Shown in pieces: positions 48,875 through 59,898 of a DNA stretch of 64,000 nucleotides (the stretch's first letter is position 1; the number at the start of each line of letters is the position of its first letter). A program made the position numbers and the translations under genes. Where the stretch lies: the NCBI GenBank assembly GCA_964597925.1, contig CAZQZT010000003.1:35199-99198 (forward strand), read 5' to 3'. Under the pieces are notes generated by a model. It made no database searches and had not been told where the DNA came from. It saw nothing but the letters and a program-made list of their open reading frames with translations. Source of the stretch: an uncultured Candidatus Saccharibacteria bacterium. Its GTDB lineage: Bacteria > Patescibacteriota > Saccharimonadia > Saccharimonadales > JBBQAJ01.

Positions 48875-49103
48875 AGAAATTACTTGACTCCAGACATATA
48901 ACCCGATATTCTATACGATAAGAAGTAGTGTACATCGGGCCGTGCTTTCTTTAATTTAAAAAAAGCACCAAAATCCCTTGGTAGTGGTCTTCGCGAGAAA
49001 AATTACAACAATATGAATGGCGGCTTATTATTCTTTTGCCCATATATGGGTTGGCCGCCAGTCTTGCAGCAATAAACTAACCAACCTAGGAGTAACGCAT
49101 TAC

Positions 49104-52100
49104 ATGGCTAAAGGCACCGCTGTCCCCAAGAACACTAAACAAAAACGTACATTTTATACCAAAAGTGACGACGCACTAGACCTTCCAAATTTAGTAGATC
49201 ACCAAAACCGTTCTTTTCAATGGTTTGTAGAAGAAGGTCTGGGAGAATTACTGGCAGAGATTAGTCCTATAGACGACTATACTGGCACCAAACTATCACT
49301 TAGTTTCAAAGATTATCGCTTTGAATCTCCAAAAATGACAGAGGCCGAAGCTAGAGAAAACAACGTTAGCTTTGATGCTCCACTAAAAGCCACCGTAGAG
49401 CTTACCAATAAAATTACCGGTGAAATTAAAGACCAAGAAATCTACCTGGGCGACTACCCGTGGATGACTACACGCGGAACATTCGTAATCAACGGCGCAG
49501 AGCGTGTAGTTGTATCTCAGCTTATCCGTTCTGCTGGCGTATTCTTTACCGCAGATGCTCATGGTACTCGCAATAACTATGGTGCAAAAGTCATCCCTGG
49601 CCGTGGTGCTTGGCTCGAGTTTGAAACAGCTGCAAACGGTGCATTGTACGTAAAAATCGATAGAAAGCGTAAAATTGCAGTTACAACTTTGCTAAGGGCT
49701 CTTGGCATGACAGAAGCCACTATGAAAGAAGCCTTTAAGCATGTAGATCAAGGCAAATCGAGTTATATAGAAGCAACTCTAGAAAAAGACCCAACCAAGG
49801 GCAATAACGAAGCACTGATTGAGGTGTATCGTCGTTTGCGTCCGGGCGATTTGGCTACAGTAGATAACGCTCGTGGCTTGATAGAAAACATGTTCTATAA
49901 CTTCAAGCGCTTTGATTTTAGCCGAGTTGGCCGATACAAAATCAATAAGCGACTAAATATAGATATACCTAACACTGCCGAAAACCGAATTATGCGCCTA
50001 GAAGATCTAGTCGCAATCGTGGCAGAGATTATTCGTCTAAATAATACCCAAGACCCGATTGACGACATAGATAGCTTGGCTAACCGTCGAGTAAAATTGG
50101 TTGGCGAGCTGGTACAGCGTCAGTTCCGTATAGGTTTGCTTCGTATGGAGCGAAACACCAAAGACCGGATGAGCATGAGTGAAATCGAAACTGTTACCCC
50201 TGCTCAGCTCATAAATGCTCGCCCAGTTGTTGCCGCAGTTCGTGAATTTTTTGCTAGTTCCCAGCTGTCGCAGTTCATGGACCAGATCAACCCATTATCT
50301 GAACTAGCTCACAAACGACGTTTGAGTTCTATGGGCCCTGGTGGACTCAGCCGTGAACGTGCTGGTTTTGAAGTACGTGATGCTCATGCGACTCACTATG
50401 GACGTATTTGTGCCGTAGAAACACCAGAAGGTGCCAACATTGGTTTGGTACTTAACCTAGCGTCTTATGCTCGAATTAACGACTATGGATTTATAGAAAC
50501 ACCATATAAAAAGGTTATAAGCTCGGTCACTGCTAAAAATGCAGTTGGACACATCGCATCAGCAGACTTAGAAGATGCCAAGGGCAAAGTTATAGTAAAA
50601 TCTGGGGCTAAGATCACTGCCGATGCTGCCAAAAAACTAGCTATCGTGAAAAGCCAAGTTACATGGCCAGTTAAAGCTACTGTCACAAGTGAAGTAATGT
50701 ATTTAGATGCCAGTGGTGAAGAAGGTGCTGTTATAGCCAGCGCTGGTGAAGAAATTGATGCTAACGGATTCTTTGTAAATGATCGTGTGAGTGCTAGAAG
50801 TAACTTGATGGCTGGTGAGGTGGACGCAAATGATGTTACTCATATGGATGCTTCACGCAAGCAAATAATTGGCTCTAGTGCAGGATTAATTCCTTTTATT
50901 GAGAAGAACTATGTGTATCGTTCACTTATGGGTAGTAACCAGCAGCGTCAAGCTGTACCTTTGGTGCAACCGCAGGCGCCGATTGTCGGTACCGGTATGG
51001 AGGCACCAGCTGCTCGTAACACGGGTCAACTTACCGTCGCTGATGCCGACGGTGAAGTATTAAAAGCATCTGCCGACGAAGTAGTAGTAAAGTACAAAAC
51101 AGGCAGTGTAACCTACAATCCCCTGCACTTTATTCGTAGTAATGAAGGCACCAGCATTAACCAAAAAGTAGTAGTTAGCTCTGGCCAAAAGGTCAAAGCT
51201 GGAGATCCGCTGGTTGAAGGTATGTCTATTGCTGGCGGCGAACTTGCTCTTGGAAAAGATTTAATTGTAGCGTTTATGCCATGGAGCGGTTACAACTTCG
51301 AAGACGCTATCATCATTAGTCGCAAGTTAGTAGAAGACGATACGCTAACTTCTATACATATTGTTGACTACATGGTAGAAGTACGTGAAACCAAGCTGGG
51401 ACCTGAGATTGTAACCAGAGACATTCCGAATGTTTCTGAAGAAGCTTTGCGTCACTTAGATGACGATGGCATTGTGCGCATAGGTGCAGAAGTACACCCT
51501 GGTGATATTTTGGTCGGTAAGATTACGCCAAAAGGCGAGCAAGAACTTTCTAGTGAAGAGCGTTTACTACGAGCAATCTTCGGTGAAAAAGCCAAAGAAG
51601 TACGAGACACCTCACAGCGTATGAGCAACGGTAAGCACGGTAAGGTTGTAGGCGTTAAAGTCTTTAGCCGCGCCAATGGACATGAGCTAAAAGCCGGCGT
51701 ACTGATGCAAATCCAAGTCTTCGTGGCTCAAATGCGTAAAATCAGCGTAGGAGATAAACTCGGTGGTCGTCACGGTAACAAGGGTGTAATAGCACGAATT
51801 TTACCAATCGAAGACATGCCATTTATGGCTGATGGTACTCCTGTAGACATAATCTTGAACCCACTCGGTGTGCCTAGCCGTATGAACATTGGACAGTTGT
51901 TTGAAACTCACCTTGGTATGGCTGCACGAGCACTAGGTATGACCATTGCAAGTCCCGCATTTGACGGAGTTAGTCCTGCAAAGATTCGCGAACTGCTTAA
52001 AGAGGCTGGGTTCCCAGAAGACGGCAAACAACAGCTATTCGACGGCCGAACTGGCGAAGCATTCAAAGAGTACACTACTGTCGGCTCTATGTATGTAATT

Positions 52101-52694
52101 AAGTTGAACCACATGATTGCAGATAAAATCCACGCTCGTTCAACCGGACCATATACCATGGTTACGCAGCAGCCATTGGGTGGTAAAGCCCAAAACGGCG
52201 GTCAGCGTTTTGGAGAGATGGAAGTATGGGCTCTAGAAGCCTACGGTGCTTCTAATACTCTGCAAGAAATGCTGACAATCAAGTCCGACGATGTGTACGG
52301 CCGCTCTAAAGCCTACGAAGCAATCATCAAAGGTACTGAGATTGTGGGTCCAAAAGTCCCAGAATCATTCAATGTACTAGTAAAAGAACTTCAAGGTTTG
52401 GGGCTAAAGATTGACCTAGTAGCTCAGAGCAGACTGGTAGACGCCGAAGAGGTTTTGGCAGAAAACATAAAAGACGAGGCGGCACACTTGCCTGAGATTG
52501 AAGTACCGACTTCAAGTATATCGGATGTAGATGTTACGGAAAATGCCGCAGACATGGACGAATTTGTAGTGATTGAAATGGATGATGATTTGCCAGCTAC
52601 TACCATGATAAACGACGATACTACCCTAGCTTCCGATGACGACAATACTACGGCGGCCGTCACCGCAGATGATGACAAAGGGGAGGAGGCGTAA
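49104..52694 (+). CDS. rpoB: DNA-directed RNA polymerase beta subunit, with an acidic Asp/Thr-rich C-terminal tail
   Basis: Start at the ATG after AGGAG. Conserved RpoB blocks throughout. The last ~45 aa are D/T/A-rich. Confidence 0.95.
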   Translation: MAKGTAVPKNTKQKRTFYTKSDDALDLPNLVDHQNRSFQWFVEEGLGELLAEISPIDDYTGTKLSLSFKDYRFESPKMTEAEARENNVSFDAPLKATVELTNKITGEIKDQEIYLGDYPWMTTRGTFVINGAERVVVSQLIRSAGVFFTADAHGTRNNYGAKVIPGRGAWLEFETAANGALYVKIDRKRKIAVTTLLRALGMTEATMKEAFKHVDQGKSSYIEATLEKDPTKGNNEALIEVYRRLRPGDLATVDNARGLIENMFYNFKRFDFSRVGRYKINKRLNIDIPNTAENRIMRLEDLVAIVAEIIRLNNTQDPIDDIDSLANRRVKLVGELVQRQFRIGLLRMERNTKDRMSMSEIETVTPAQLINARPVVAAVREFFASSQLSQFMDQINPLSELAHKRRLSSMGPGGLSRERAGFEVRDAHATHYGRICAVETPEGANIGLVLNLASYARINDYGFIETPYKKVISSVTAKNAVGHIASADLEDAKGKVIVKSGAKITADAAKKLAIVKSQVTWPVKATVTSEVMYLDASGEEGAVIASAGEEIDANGFFVNDRVSARSNLMAGEVDANDVTHMDASRKQIIGSSAGLIPFIEKNYVYRSLMGSNQQRQAVPLVQPQAPIVGTGMEAPAARNTGQLTVADADGEVLKASADEVVVKYKTGSVTYNPLHFIRSNEGTSINQKVVVSSGQKVKAGDPLVEGMSIAGGELALGKDLIVAFMPWSGYNFEDAIIISRKLVEDDTLTSIHIVDYMVEVRETKLGPEIVTRDIPNVSEEALRHLDDDGIVRIGAEVHPGDILVGKITPKGEQELSSEERLLRAIFGEKAKEVRDTSQRMSNGKHGKVVGVKVFSRANGHELKAGVLMQIQVFVAQMRKISVGDKLGGRHGNKGVIARILPIEDMPFMADGTPVDIILNPLGVPSRMNIGQLFETHLGMAARALGMTIASPAFDGVSPAKIRELLKEAGFPEDGKQQLFDGRTGEAFKEYTTVGSMYVIKLNHMIADKIHARSTGPYTMVTQQPLGGKAQNGGQRFGEMEVWALEAYGASNTLQEMLTIKSDDVYGRSKAYEAIIKGTEIVGPKVPESFNVLVKELQGLGLKIDLVAQSRLVDAEEVLAENIKDEAAHLPEIEVPTSSISDVDVTENAADMDEFVVIEMDDDLPATTMINDDTTLASDDDNTTAAVTADDDKGEEA

Positions 52695-52695
52695 T

Positions 52696-55600
52696 ATGAA
52701 GCGTTACTCATACGGAACAGATATTGCAGATTTTGACGCGGTTCGATTAGCTGTAGCAAGCCCAGATGATATTTTGGACTGGAGCTATGGTGAAGTTACC
52801 AAGCCAGAAACTATAAACTATAGAACTCAAAAACCAGAGCGAGACGGTTTGTTTTGCGAACGGATTTTTGGTCCCGTAAAAGACATAAACCCGCACGACG
52901 CCAAATATAAAGGTGTTCGCTCGCGCGAAGCGGCAGTAGATAAGAATGGTGAGATTGTCACCAAATCAATTGTTCGCCGTGAGCGCATGGCGCACATAAA
53001 CTTGGCAAGCCCTGTAGCACACATATGGTTTTTGCGTGGTACACCGAGTGCGGTCGGTCTATTGTTAGGCATGACCGTAAAGAGCCTCGAGAGAGTGGCT
53101 TATTTTGCCAGTTATATCATAAAAAAGGTTGACGTAGAAAAACGCGATCAGATTTTGGCTGATAAAGAAGCTGAGTTTGCGGCTGCTAAAGAAGCTATAA
53201 AGTTGCGGTACGAAGAAGAAGCAAAAGCCGAAGGAGCGAACCTAAAGGCTTTGGCTGAATTGCAAACCAAGGAGCTAGAAGACATTCAGATAGAGTTTGA
53301 TGAATACAAAGCTCAGATTACTTCATTGGCAAAGCTAAGCCTAATCAGTGAAACAGATTATCGACTCCTTCCTGACGGACTTGGGGATCTTATAGAGGTC
53401 GGTATGGGTGGCTCTACTCTTAAAGACCTGTTAGTAGAAGTGGACCTTGAAGACTTAATTGCTGAACTGAGCAAAGAGGCCGAAGAAGCTAAAGGGCAGC
53501 GCAAGAAAAAACTCATGAAGCGCTTGCGCCTACTGGAAAGCATGCACCGTGCTGGCATCAAACCAGGCAGCATGTGTGTGACAGTTCTGCCTGTGATCCC
53601 TCCGGATCTGCGCCCTATGGTACAGCTAACTGGCGGACGATTCGCAACAAGCGACCTAAACGACCTGTATAGACGAGTCATTAACCGAAACAACCGCCTA
53701 AAGAAGTTGATTGAACTAAATGCTCCAGAAGTAATTCGTCGAAACGAACAGCGTATGCTCCAAGAAGCAGTCGATGCTCTGATAGACAACAACAACGCTC
53801 GTAGCGGCCGTGCCGTAGCAGCGACCGGACAACGTCGACGCCTAAAGAGTCTCAGTGACATGCTAAAGGGCAAACAAGGACGATTCCGCCAAAACTTACT
53901 CGGTAAGCGTGTGGATTATTCTGGTCGTTCAGTGATTGTAGCCGGCCCCGAACTAAAGATGTTCCAGTGTGGGTTGCCAAAAATGATGGCCCTAGAGTTG
54001 TTTAAGCCATTTGTTATTGGCTGGTTAATTCGCAACGAGCACGCTCACAACATTCGTTCTGCTACTCGCATGATAGAAACTGGTGAAATTGCCGTTTGGG
54101 ATGCTTTGGACGAAGTAATCAAAGGTAAATACGTACTATTAAACCGTGCTCCATCACTACACCGTCTTTCTATACAGGCTTTTCAGCCAGTTTTGATTGA
54201 GGGCCGAGCCATACAGTTGCACCCGTTAGTATGTAAAGGTTTCAATGCCGACTTTGATGGTGATCAAATGGCTGTGCACTTGCCGTTGTCTGATGCTGCT
54301 CAAAACGAAGCTCGAGACATCATGGCCAGCAACAAGAACTTACTCAAGCCAGCAGACGGTTCGCCGATTTTGCATATCGAACAAGATATTGTGCTGGGTT
54401 GTTACTACCTAACCTATGAACAAGCATCCAGAACCGAAGAAAAACTACGTACATTTACCGGGATAGAAGAAGCCATCATGGCCAAAGATGCTGATGTTAT
54501 TGGCATACAGTCTCGCGTGCGCTTACCTTTTAGAGGAGAAATAAAAGAAACTACTTTTGGACGTTTGCTGTTCAATGAAATTTTCCCAGATGATTTTCCG
54601 TTCCAAGATGAGGCAATGACCAAGAAAAAACTAACCAACGTCATGGCTCAGGTATACCAGAAGTACGGACAAGATAAGACCGCCGAGATTGCTGATGATT
54701 TGAAAGATATCGGTTTTGACTGGGCTACTCGCTCCGGGCTGAGTATGGGCATGGGCGATTTTGCCGAAATCAAGGGTATGGATAAGGTGCTAGATGACGG
54801 AGAAATTCGTACAGCCGCTATTAGCGAGCAGTACGAACAAGGTTTCATCACAGAAGAAGAACGATACCGTTTGACGGTAGAAACCTGGACAAACATCGAC
54901 ACCCACGTCCAAGAACTTTTAGTCAAACAAATGGAAGGCTTTGAGTCATCCATGGCTATAGCCATCACGTCTGGTGCTCGCGGAAACATCTCGCAGATGA
55001 AAAACGCCGTTGGTATGCTTGGAGTACTCCAAGATGCAACCGGTAGGACCATCGAGCTGCCTATCAAATCAGGCTATGTGAAGGGTTTGACAGCACTAGA
55101 GTACTTCACCGGTACTCGCGGAACCCGAAAGGCGTTGATTGATATTGCGCTCAAGACTGCCGATGCCGGTTATTTGACACGCCGTTTGGTAGATGTCGGT
55201 CAAGATGTGTTCACGATAGACGACGACGACACCGATCCTGGTTTTGCTATGAATCGTGCCGATGCCGAAGAGATTGGCGTAAGTTATGCATCTCGCCTAG
55301 AAGGCAGGTTTGTTGCCGTTGCAGTAAAGGGATACATAAAATTAGGCGAACAAATCAGCAAAGAAGTGGCAGCCAAACTTGAAGCAGATGAAGCAATCGA
55401 CGGTTTACGAATCATGAGCGCACTATCATGTACATCGGTAAGAGGTGTGCCACAGAAATCTTATGGCGTAGACCCCGCTACCGGTAATCTAGTCGCAGCA
55501 CATCACCCAATTGGTGTAATTGCAGCCCAAAGTATTGGCGAACCCGGTACCCAGTTGAGTCTAGATTCAAAACACCGTTCCGGAGCAGTACTTGCCGACG

Positions 55601-56505
55601 AAGTTGCGCAAGGACTGTCTCGTATTGAAGAATTGTTTGAAGTACGAACACCGAAGGGCCAGGCTCATCTGTCAGATATAGCTGGATCTGTGAATGCTTT
55701 TGAAGAGGGTGATCACTATGTGGTTCAGGTAACTGCAGACGAACAAGCCAAAGTAGAGCTCAATCTAGGTGGTCGCAAGCCACAAATCGCCAGTGGCAGT
55801 GAAGTAGCTATAGGCGATGTTGTTGCTGCTGAGGAAGACAACAGCAAACCGCTGATTTCCCCTATGGCTGGTAAGGCCGAGATTATTGGCAAGAAAATCG
55901 TAATTGTTCCAAGCGCAAAAAGCCTAATTCGTTACGAAATTCCTAGCTTTAAACAGCTGTTCGTAAAAGATGGAGATACAATTATAGCGGGCCAAAGACT
56001 TACCAGTGGTTCTATAAACTTGCATGATTTGATGAGTTTACAAGGAGTTGAGGCAACGCAGCGCTACGTCATGAACGAAATCCTGCGCATATTTGCCGGA
56101 CAAGGTCAGAATATAGCCGACAAGCACCTAGAAATAATCGTGCGCCAGATGTTCAGCCGCGTGCAGATAGAAGAAGCTGGCGACAGCGACTTTGTAACTG
56201 GCGACATTGTAAGCAAGCTTGCAGTGGTAGAAGCAAACGAGCGTCTTGTGGCAAACAAAAAACAGCCAGCTAAAGTTACCCAGCTGTTGCTAGGTATTAC
56301 CAAAGCTAGTCTAAGCACCGATTCGTTCCTAAGTGCTGCTTCTTTCCAAGACACTACTCGCGTGCTAATTGCCGCTGCAACCAGCGGTAAGATAGACAAA
56401 CTGTATGGTTTGAAAGAAAACGTTATCTTGGGTCGCAGGATTCCAGTTGGAACTGGCTACAACCCAACTCACGACCTTGATCAAGAAATCATCATCGAGG
56501 ACTAG
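52696..56505 (+). CDS. rpoC: DNA-directed RNA polymerase beta' subunit
   Basis: Start ATG 52696 sits 4 nt after GGGAGGAGG and 1 nt after the rpoB stop. NADFDGD catalytic motif, zinc finger and trigger loop present. Confidence 0.95.
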   Translation: MKRYSYGTDIADFDAVRLAVASPDDILDWSYGEVTKPETINYRTQKPERDGLFCERIFGPVKDINPHDAKYKGVRSREAAVDKNGEIVTKSIVRRERMAHINLASPVAHIWFLRGTPSAVGLLLGMTVKSLERVAYFASYIIKKVDVEKRDQILADKEAEFAAAKEAIKLRYEEEAKAEGANLKALAELQTKELEDIQIEFDEYKAQITSLAKLSLISETDYRLLPDGLGDLIEVGMGGSTLKDLLVEVDLEDLIAELSKEAEEAKGQRKKKLMKRLRLLESMHRAGIKPGSMCVTVLPVIPPDLRPMVQLTGGRFATSDLNDLYRRVINRNNRLKKLIELNAPEVIRRNEQRMLQEAVDALIDNNNARSGRAVAATGQRRRLKSLSDMLKGKQGRFRQNLLGKRVDYSGRSVIVAGPELKMFQCGLPKMMALELFKPFVIGWLIRNEHAHNIRSATRMIETGEIAVWDALDEVIKGKYVLLNRAPSLHRLSIQAFQPVLIEGRAIQLHPLVCKGFNADFDGDQMAVHLPLSDAAQNEARDIMASNKNLLKPADGSPILHIEQDIVLGCYYLTYEQASRTEEKLRTFTGIEEAIMAKDADVIGIQSRVRLPFRGEIKETTFGRLLFNEIFPDDFPFQDEAMTKKKLTNVMAQVYQKYGQDKTAEIADDLKDIGFDWATRSGLSMGMGDFAEIKGMDKVLDDGEIRTAAISEQYEQGFITEEERYRLTVETWTNIDTHVQELLVKQMEGFESSMAIAITSGARGNISQMKNAVGMLGVLQDATGRTIELPIKSGYVKGLTALEYFTGTRGTRKALIDIALKTADAGYLTRRLVDVGQDVFTIDDDDTDPGFAMNRADAEEIGVSYASRLEGRFVAVAVKGYIKLGEQISKEVAAKLEADEAIDGLRIMSALSCTSVRGVPQKSYGVDPATGNLVAAHHPIGVIAAQSIGEPGTQLSLDSKHRSGAVLADEVAQGLSRIEELFEVRTPKGQAHLSDIAGSVNAFEEGDHYVVQVTADEQAKVELNLGGRKPQIASGSEVAIGDVVAAEEDNSKPLISPMAGKAEIIGKKIVIVPSAKSLIRYEIPSFKQLFVKDGDTIIAGQRLTSGSINLHDLMSLQGVEATQRYVMNEILRIFAGQGQNIADKHLEIIVRQMFSRVQIEEAGDSDFVTGDIVSKLAVVEANERLVANKKQPAKVTQLLLGITKASLSTDSFLSAASFQDTTRVLIAAATSGKIDKLYGLKENVILGRRIPVGTGYNPTHDLDQEIIIED

Positions 56506-56613
56506 CTATTGCTTACAGCTCTCGTATCTGTTACAATTTACAACAGTCATTAAGTGATCTGAGCCTTACGTCGGCATGCGTTTGCAGCGGAAGATCACAC
56601 TTAAAGGAGAATC

Positions 56614-57027
56614 ATGCCAACAATCAATCAATTAGTGCGCAAACCACGCACCAGTAAAGGCAAAAAGTCCGGCGCACCGCATTTGCAGCGCGTCACCAAT
56701 AACTTGAAAACCCGTAACTATGACAAGCCAGCGCCGTTTAAGCGTGGGGTTTGTATAAAAGTAACTACCAAAACACCTAAAAAGCCAAACTCAGCGCTGC
56801 GTAAAGTTGCTCGTGTGCGCCTAACAAACGGCTACGAAGTCTGGGCATACATAGGTGGCGAAGGCCACAACTTGCAAGAGCACGCAGTGGTGACGATCCG
56901 TGGTGGACGTGTAAAAGATCTTCCAGGTGTGCGCTATCATATAGTTCGGGGCAGTCTAGACCTTCAGGGTGTTGCTAACCGTAAGAACGGCCGTAGCAAA
57001 TATGGCACAAAGAAGGAGAGCAAATAA
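56614..57027 (+). CDS. rpsL: 30S ribosomal protein S12
   Basis: [11 protein letters not shown]...[10 protein letters not shown] is canonical. Confidence 0.95.
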   Translation: MPTINQLVRKPRTSKGKKSGAPHLQRVTNNLKTRNYDKPAPFKRGVCIKVTTKTPKKPNSALRKVARVRLTNGYEVWAYIGGEGHNLQEHAVVTIRGGRVKDLPGVRYHIVRGSLDLQGVANRKNGRSKYGTKKESK

Positions 57028-57506
57028 TGCCTCGTAAAGTTACCAAATCACTTATTCGTGATATCAAACCGGATCGTTTGTACAACAGTGTGATGATACA
57101 GCGTTTAATAAACCGCGTTATGCGTCATGGTAAAAAGCAGATGGCAGAACGACTCGTGTATAACGGTTTACAAAAAGCGGCTGACAAGCTGGAAGTTCAG
57201 AATCCGCTGGAAGTGTTTGAGCAAGCTATGAAAAACGCTCGTCCACACATGGAGACTCGTTCACGCCGTGTTGGTGGTGCCAACTACCAGATTCCTTTTG
57301 AAGTTTCTGGCCAGCGCCAAAACCACCTAACAATGATGTGGTTTGTAGCGGCGGCTCGCAGTCGCAAAGGCATGAGTATGGAAGATCGACTAGCCATGGA
57401 GTTTGTAGACGCCTACAACAACACAGGCACAGCCGTAAAGAAAAAAGAAGATACTCACAAAATGGCTGAAGCTAACCGAGCCTTCGCTCACTTCGCAAGG
57501 TACTAA
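57027..57506 (+). CDS. rpsG: 30S ribosomal protein S7
   Basis: Canonical S7 sequence. Start overlaps the rpsL stop (TAATG). Confidence 0.95.
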   Translation: MPRKVTKSLIRDIKPDRLYNSVMIQRLINRVMRHGKKQMAERLVYNGLQKAADKLEVQNPLEVFEQAMKNARPHMETRSRRVGGANYQIPFEVSGQRQNHLTMMWFVAAARSRKGMSMEDRLAMEFVDAYNNTGTAVKKKEDTHKMAEANRAFAHFARY

Positions 57507-57542
57507 CTGCTTTTTGAAAATTGAATCGACTAAAAGGAGCGT

Positions 57543-59633
57543 TTGATGGCTGATAAAAAGATTGAAATGAAGAAAATTCGTAATTTGGGCATTATTGCTC
57601 ATATAGATGCGGGTAAAACTACTACTACTGAAGGTATTTTGTACAGAACGGGGCTGAACCATAAGATTGGTGCTGTTCATGAGGGAGAAACTACCACTGA
57701 CTGGATGGCTCAAGAGCGCGAACGTGGTATCACTATTGTGGCTGCTTCTGTGACTTGTTTTTGGAACGGTCATCAGATTAACATTATCGATACTCCAGGA
57801 CATATCGACTTTACTGTAGAAGTAGAACGTTCTCTACGCGTGCTTGATGGTGCTTGCGTGGTGTTTGATGGCAAAATGGGCGTGGAATCACAGTCTGAAA
57901 CCGTTTGGCGCCAAGCCGACAAATACAAAGTGCCGCGCATTTGCTTTATCAACAAAATTAACCAAACTGGTGGTGATTTTTACAAATCTCTAGATACCAT
58001 TCACGCTCGTCTGAGCAAGCGCGCTTTCCCCGTACACCTGCCAATTGGGTTTGAACAGGCCATAAATGGCATCGTTGACTTGGTTGAAATGAAAGCCTAC
58101 ACCTACAAAGAGTTTACCGACAAAGCCCTGGTACAAGGCGAAATTCCTGAAGAAATGATGGATCAGGTAAAGAAATACCGTTCACTGCTGATTGAAAACG
58201 CTGTAGCTGAAGACGAACAAATGCTAGAAAAGTATTTTGAAGTCGGCGAAGAAGGTCTGACCGAAGATGACATCAAACAAGCTATCCGTACTGCTGTGCT
58301 TTCTGGCAAATTCTTTGCAGTAACGGGTGGTGATGGCCGTGGTGTGATAGTAGAAAAAGTACTAGACATGGTAAACGATTACCTGCCAAGTCCAGAAGAT
58401 CGTGGCAGCACTTGGGGCACCCACACTAAAACTGGTGACGAAATCGAGCGCAAGCCCACAGAGGCAGAGCCGTTTTCTGCACTGGCTTTCAAGATCACTA
58501 CTGACCCATTTGTGGGCAAACTAGCCTATTTCCGAGTGTACTCCGGCAGACTAGTAGCTGGCTCATACGTACTAAACAGCTCTACGGGCGAAAAAGAGCG
58601 CATTGGCCGCATTGTGCGCTTGCAGGCAGACAAGCGAACCGATGTAACAGAGGTTGGTGCCGGAGACATTGCTGCTATTGTAGGGCTAAAAGGCACTACT
58701 ACTGGCAACACACTTTGTGATTTAACCAATCCCATCGTATTAGAAAGTATTACGTTCCCAGAACCACCAGTCTCAATCGCGATTGAACCAAAGACGAAAG
58801 CCGACCAAGAAAAAATGAGCATTGCCATGCAACGCTTGGCAGAAGAAGACCCAACCTTCCGTATTCGTGTAGACGAAGAGACTGCTCAGACCATCATATC
58901 TGGTATGGGTGAACTGCACTTAGAAATAATCGTTGACCGCATGAAGCGGGAATTTGGCGTAGAAGCCAATATAGGCGCTCCACAGGTCGCTTACCGTGAA
59001 ACAATCCGAAAAGACGGCGTAGAAGCCCAGGGCAAATTCATCCGCCAGTCCGGTGGACGTGGTCAATATGGTGATGTCTGGTTGCGTCTTAGTCAGAACG
59101 AAGCCGGCAAAGGCATAGAGTTTATCAACTCCATCAAGGGCGGAGTTGTTCCTAGTGAATACGTTAAACCAGTTGAGCAAGGAATCAGGGAGGCTCTTAA
59201 CAACGGTGTTGTAGCCGGTTACCCAGTCGTAGATATCAAAGCCGAACTATATGACGGCTCCTATCACGATGTCGACTCCTCCGAAATGGCTTTTAAGATC
59301 GCTGGTTCTATGGCTATCCAGGCGGGCGTGAAGCTTGCCAAGCCAGTTATCTTAGAGCCAATCATGAAAGTTGTGGTAGTTACGCCAGAAGACTTCATGG
59401 GTGAAGTGATAGGTGATTTGAACGCTAAACGTGGTCGAATTGAATCTATGGAAGACTTATCTTCCGGCATAAAAGAAATCACTGGATTTGTGCCGCTTGG
59501 CGAAATGTTCGGCTACACTACCAATCTGCGTAGCAGCACCCAAGGTCGCGCTAGTTCGAGTATGGAGCTAGACCACTACCAAGACGTCCCAGGTAACGTA
59601 GCTGAAGCCATCATAGCCAAAAACGCTAAGTAG
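57543..59633 (+). CDS. fusA: Elongation factor G
   Basis: G-domain AHIDAGKTT, DTPGHIDF and NKID (INKIN variant), plus domains II-V. Confidence 0.95.
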   Translation: MMADKKIEMKKIRNLGIIAHIDAGKTTTTEGILYRTGLNHKIGAVHEGETTTDWMAQERERGITIVAASVTCFWNGHQINIIDTPGHIDFTVEVERSLRVLDGACVVFDGKMGVESQSETVWRQADKYKVPRICFINKINQTGGDFYKSLDTIHARLSKRAFPVHLPIGFEQAINGIVDLVEMKAYTYKEFTDKALVQGEIPEEMMDQVKKYRSLLIENAVAEDEQMLEKYFEVGEEGLTEDDIKQAIRTAVLSGKFFAVTGGDGRGVIVEKVLDMVNDYLPSPEDRGSTWGTHTKTGDEIERKPTEAEPFSALAFKITTDPFVGKLAYFRVYSGRLVAGSYVLNSSTGEKERIGRIVRLQADKRTDVTEVGAGDIAAIVGLKGTTTGNTLCDLTNPIVLESITFPEPPVSIAIEPKTKADQEKMSIAMQRLAEEDPTFRIRVDEETAQTIISGMGELHLEIIVDRMKREFGVEANIGAPQVAYRETIRKDGVEAQGKFIRQSGGRGQYGDVWLRLSQNEAGKGIEFINSIKGGVVPSEYVKPVEQGIREALNNGVVAGYPVVDIKAELYDGSYHDVDSSEMAFKIAGSMAIQAGVKLAKPVILEPIMKVVVVTPEDFMGEVIGDLNAKRGRIESMEDLSSGIKEITGFVPLGEMFGYTTNLRSSTQGRASSSMELDHYQDVPGNVAEAIIAKNAK

Positions 59634-59688
59634 AATTTTGTATTTTATTTGAAATGATGCTATAATCATAGATATGAAGGATTCAGGT

Positions 59689-59898
59689 ATGTCAAACGTA
59701 GAGCAAGCCCCAACAGGGGACTTAAACACAAATGCGCTAAGAAAAATATTCATTGTTGGGGCTCTGGCTATAACTGCAGCGTTTACTTTTGACCGACTCA
59801 CGGATGGAAATGCAGACTGTGTCGTTAAATCAAAAGACAGTTTTGATGTAAACGTAGTGCAATGTGCAAACGATATACTCGGAACTAAGTTAGGTTAA
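59689..59898 (+). CDS. Small TM-helix protein (~69 aa) inserted between fusA and tuf
   Basis: RBS AAGGA 7 nt before ATG 59689. One hydrophobic helix (IFIVGALAITAAF). An alternative start is at 59674. Confidence 0.35.
   Translation: MSNVEQAPTGDLNTNALRKIFIVGALAITAAFTFDRLTDGNADCVVKSKDSFDVNVVQCANDILGTKLG

Noticed and set aside
52827-55067. Several 75-170-aa antisense ORFs inside rpoC (52827-53072, 53358-53873, 54414-54644, 54648-55067)
   Set aside because: They lie entirely within, and antisense to, a highly conserved essential gene. They have Ser/Arg-rich composition typical of antisense frames of GC-balanced coding DNA.
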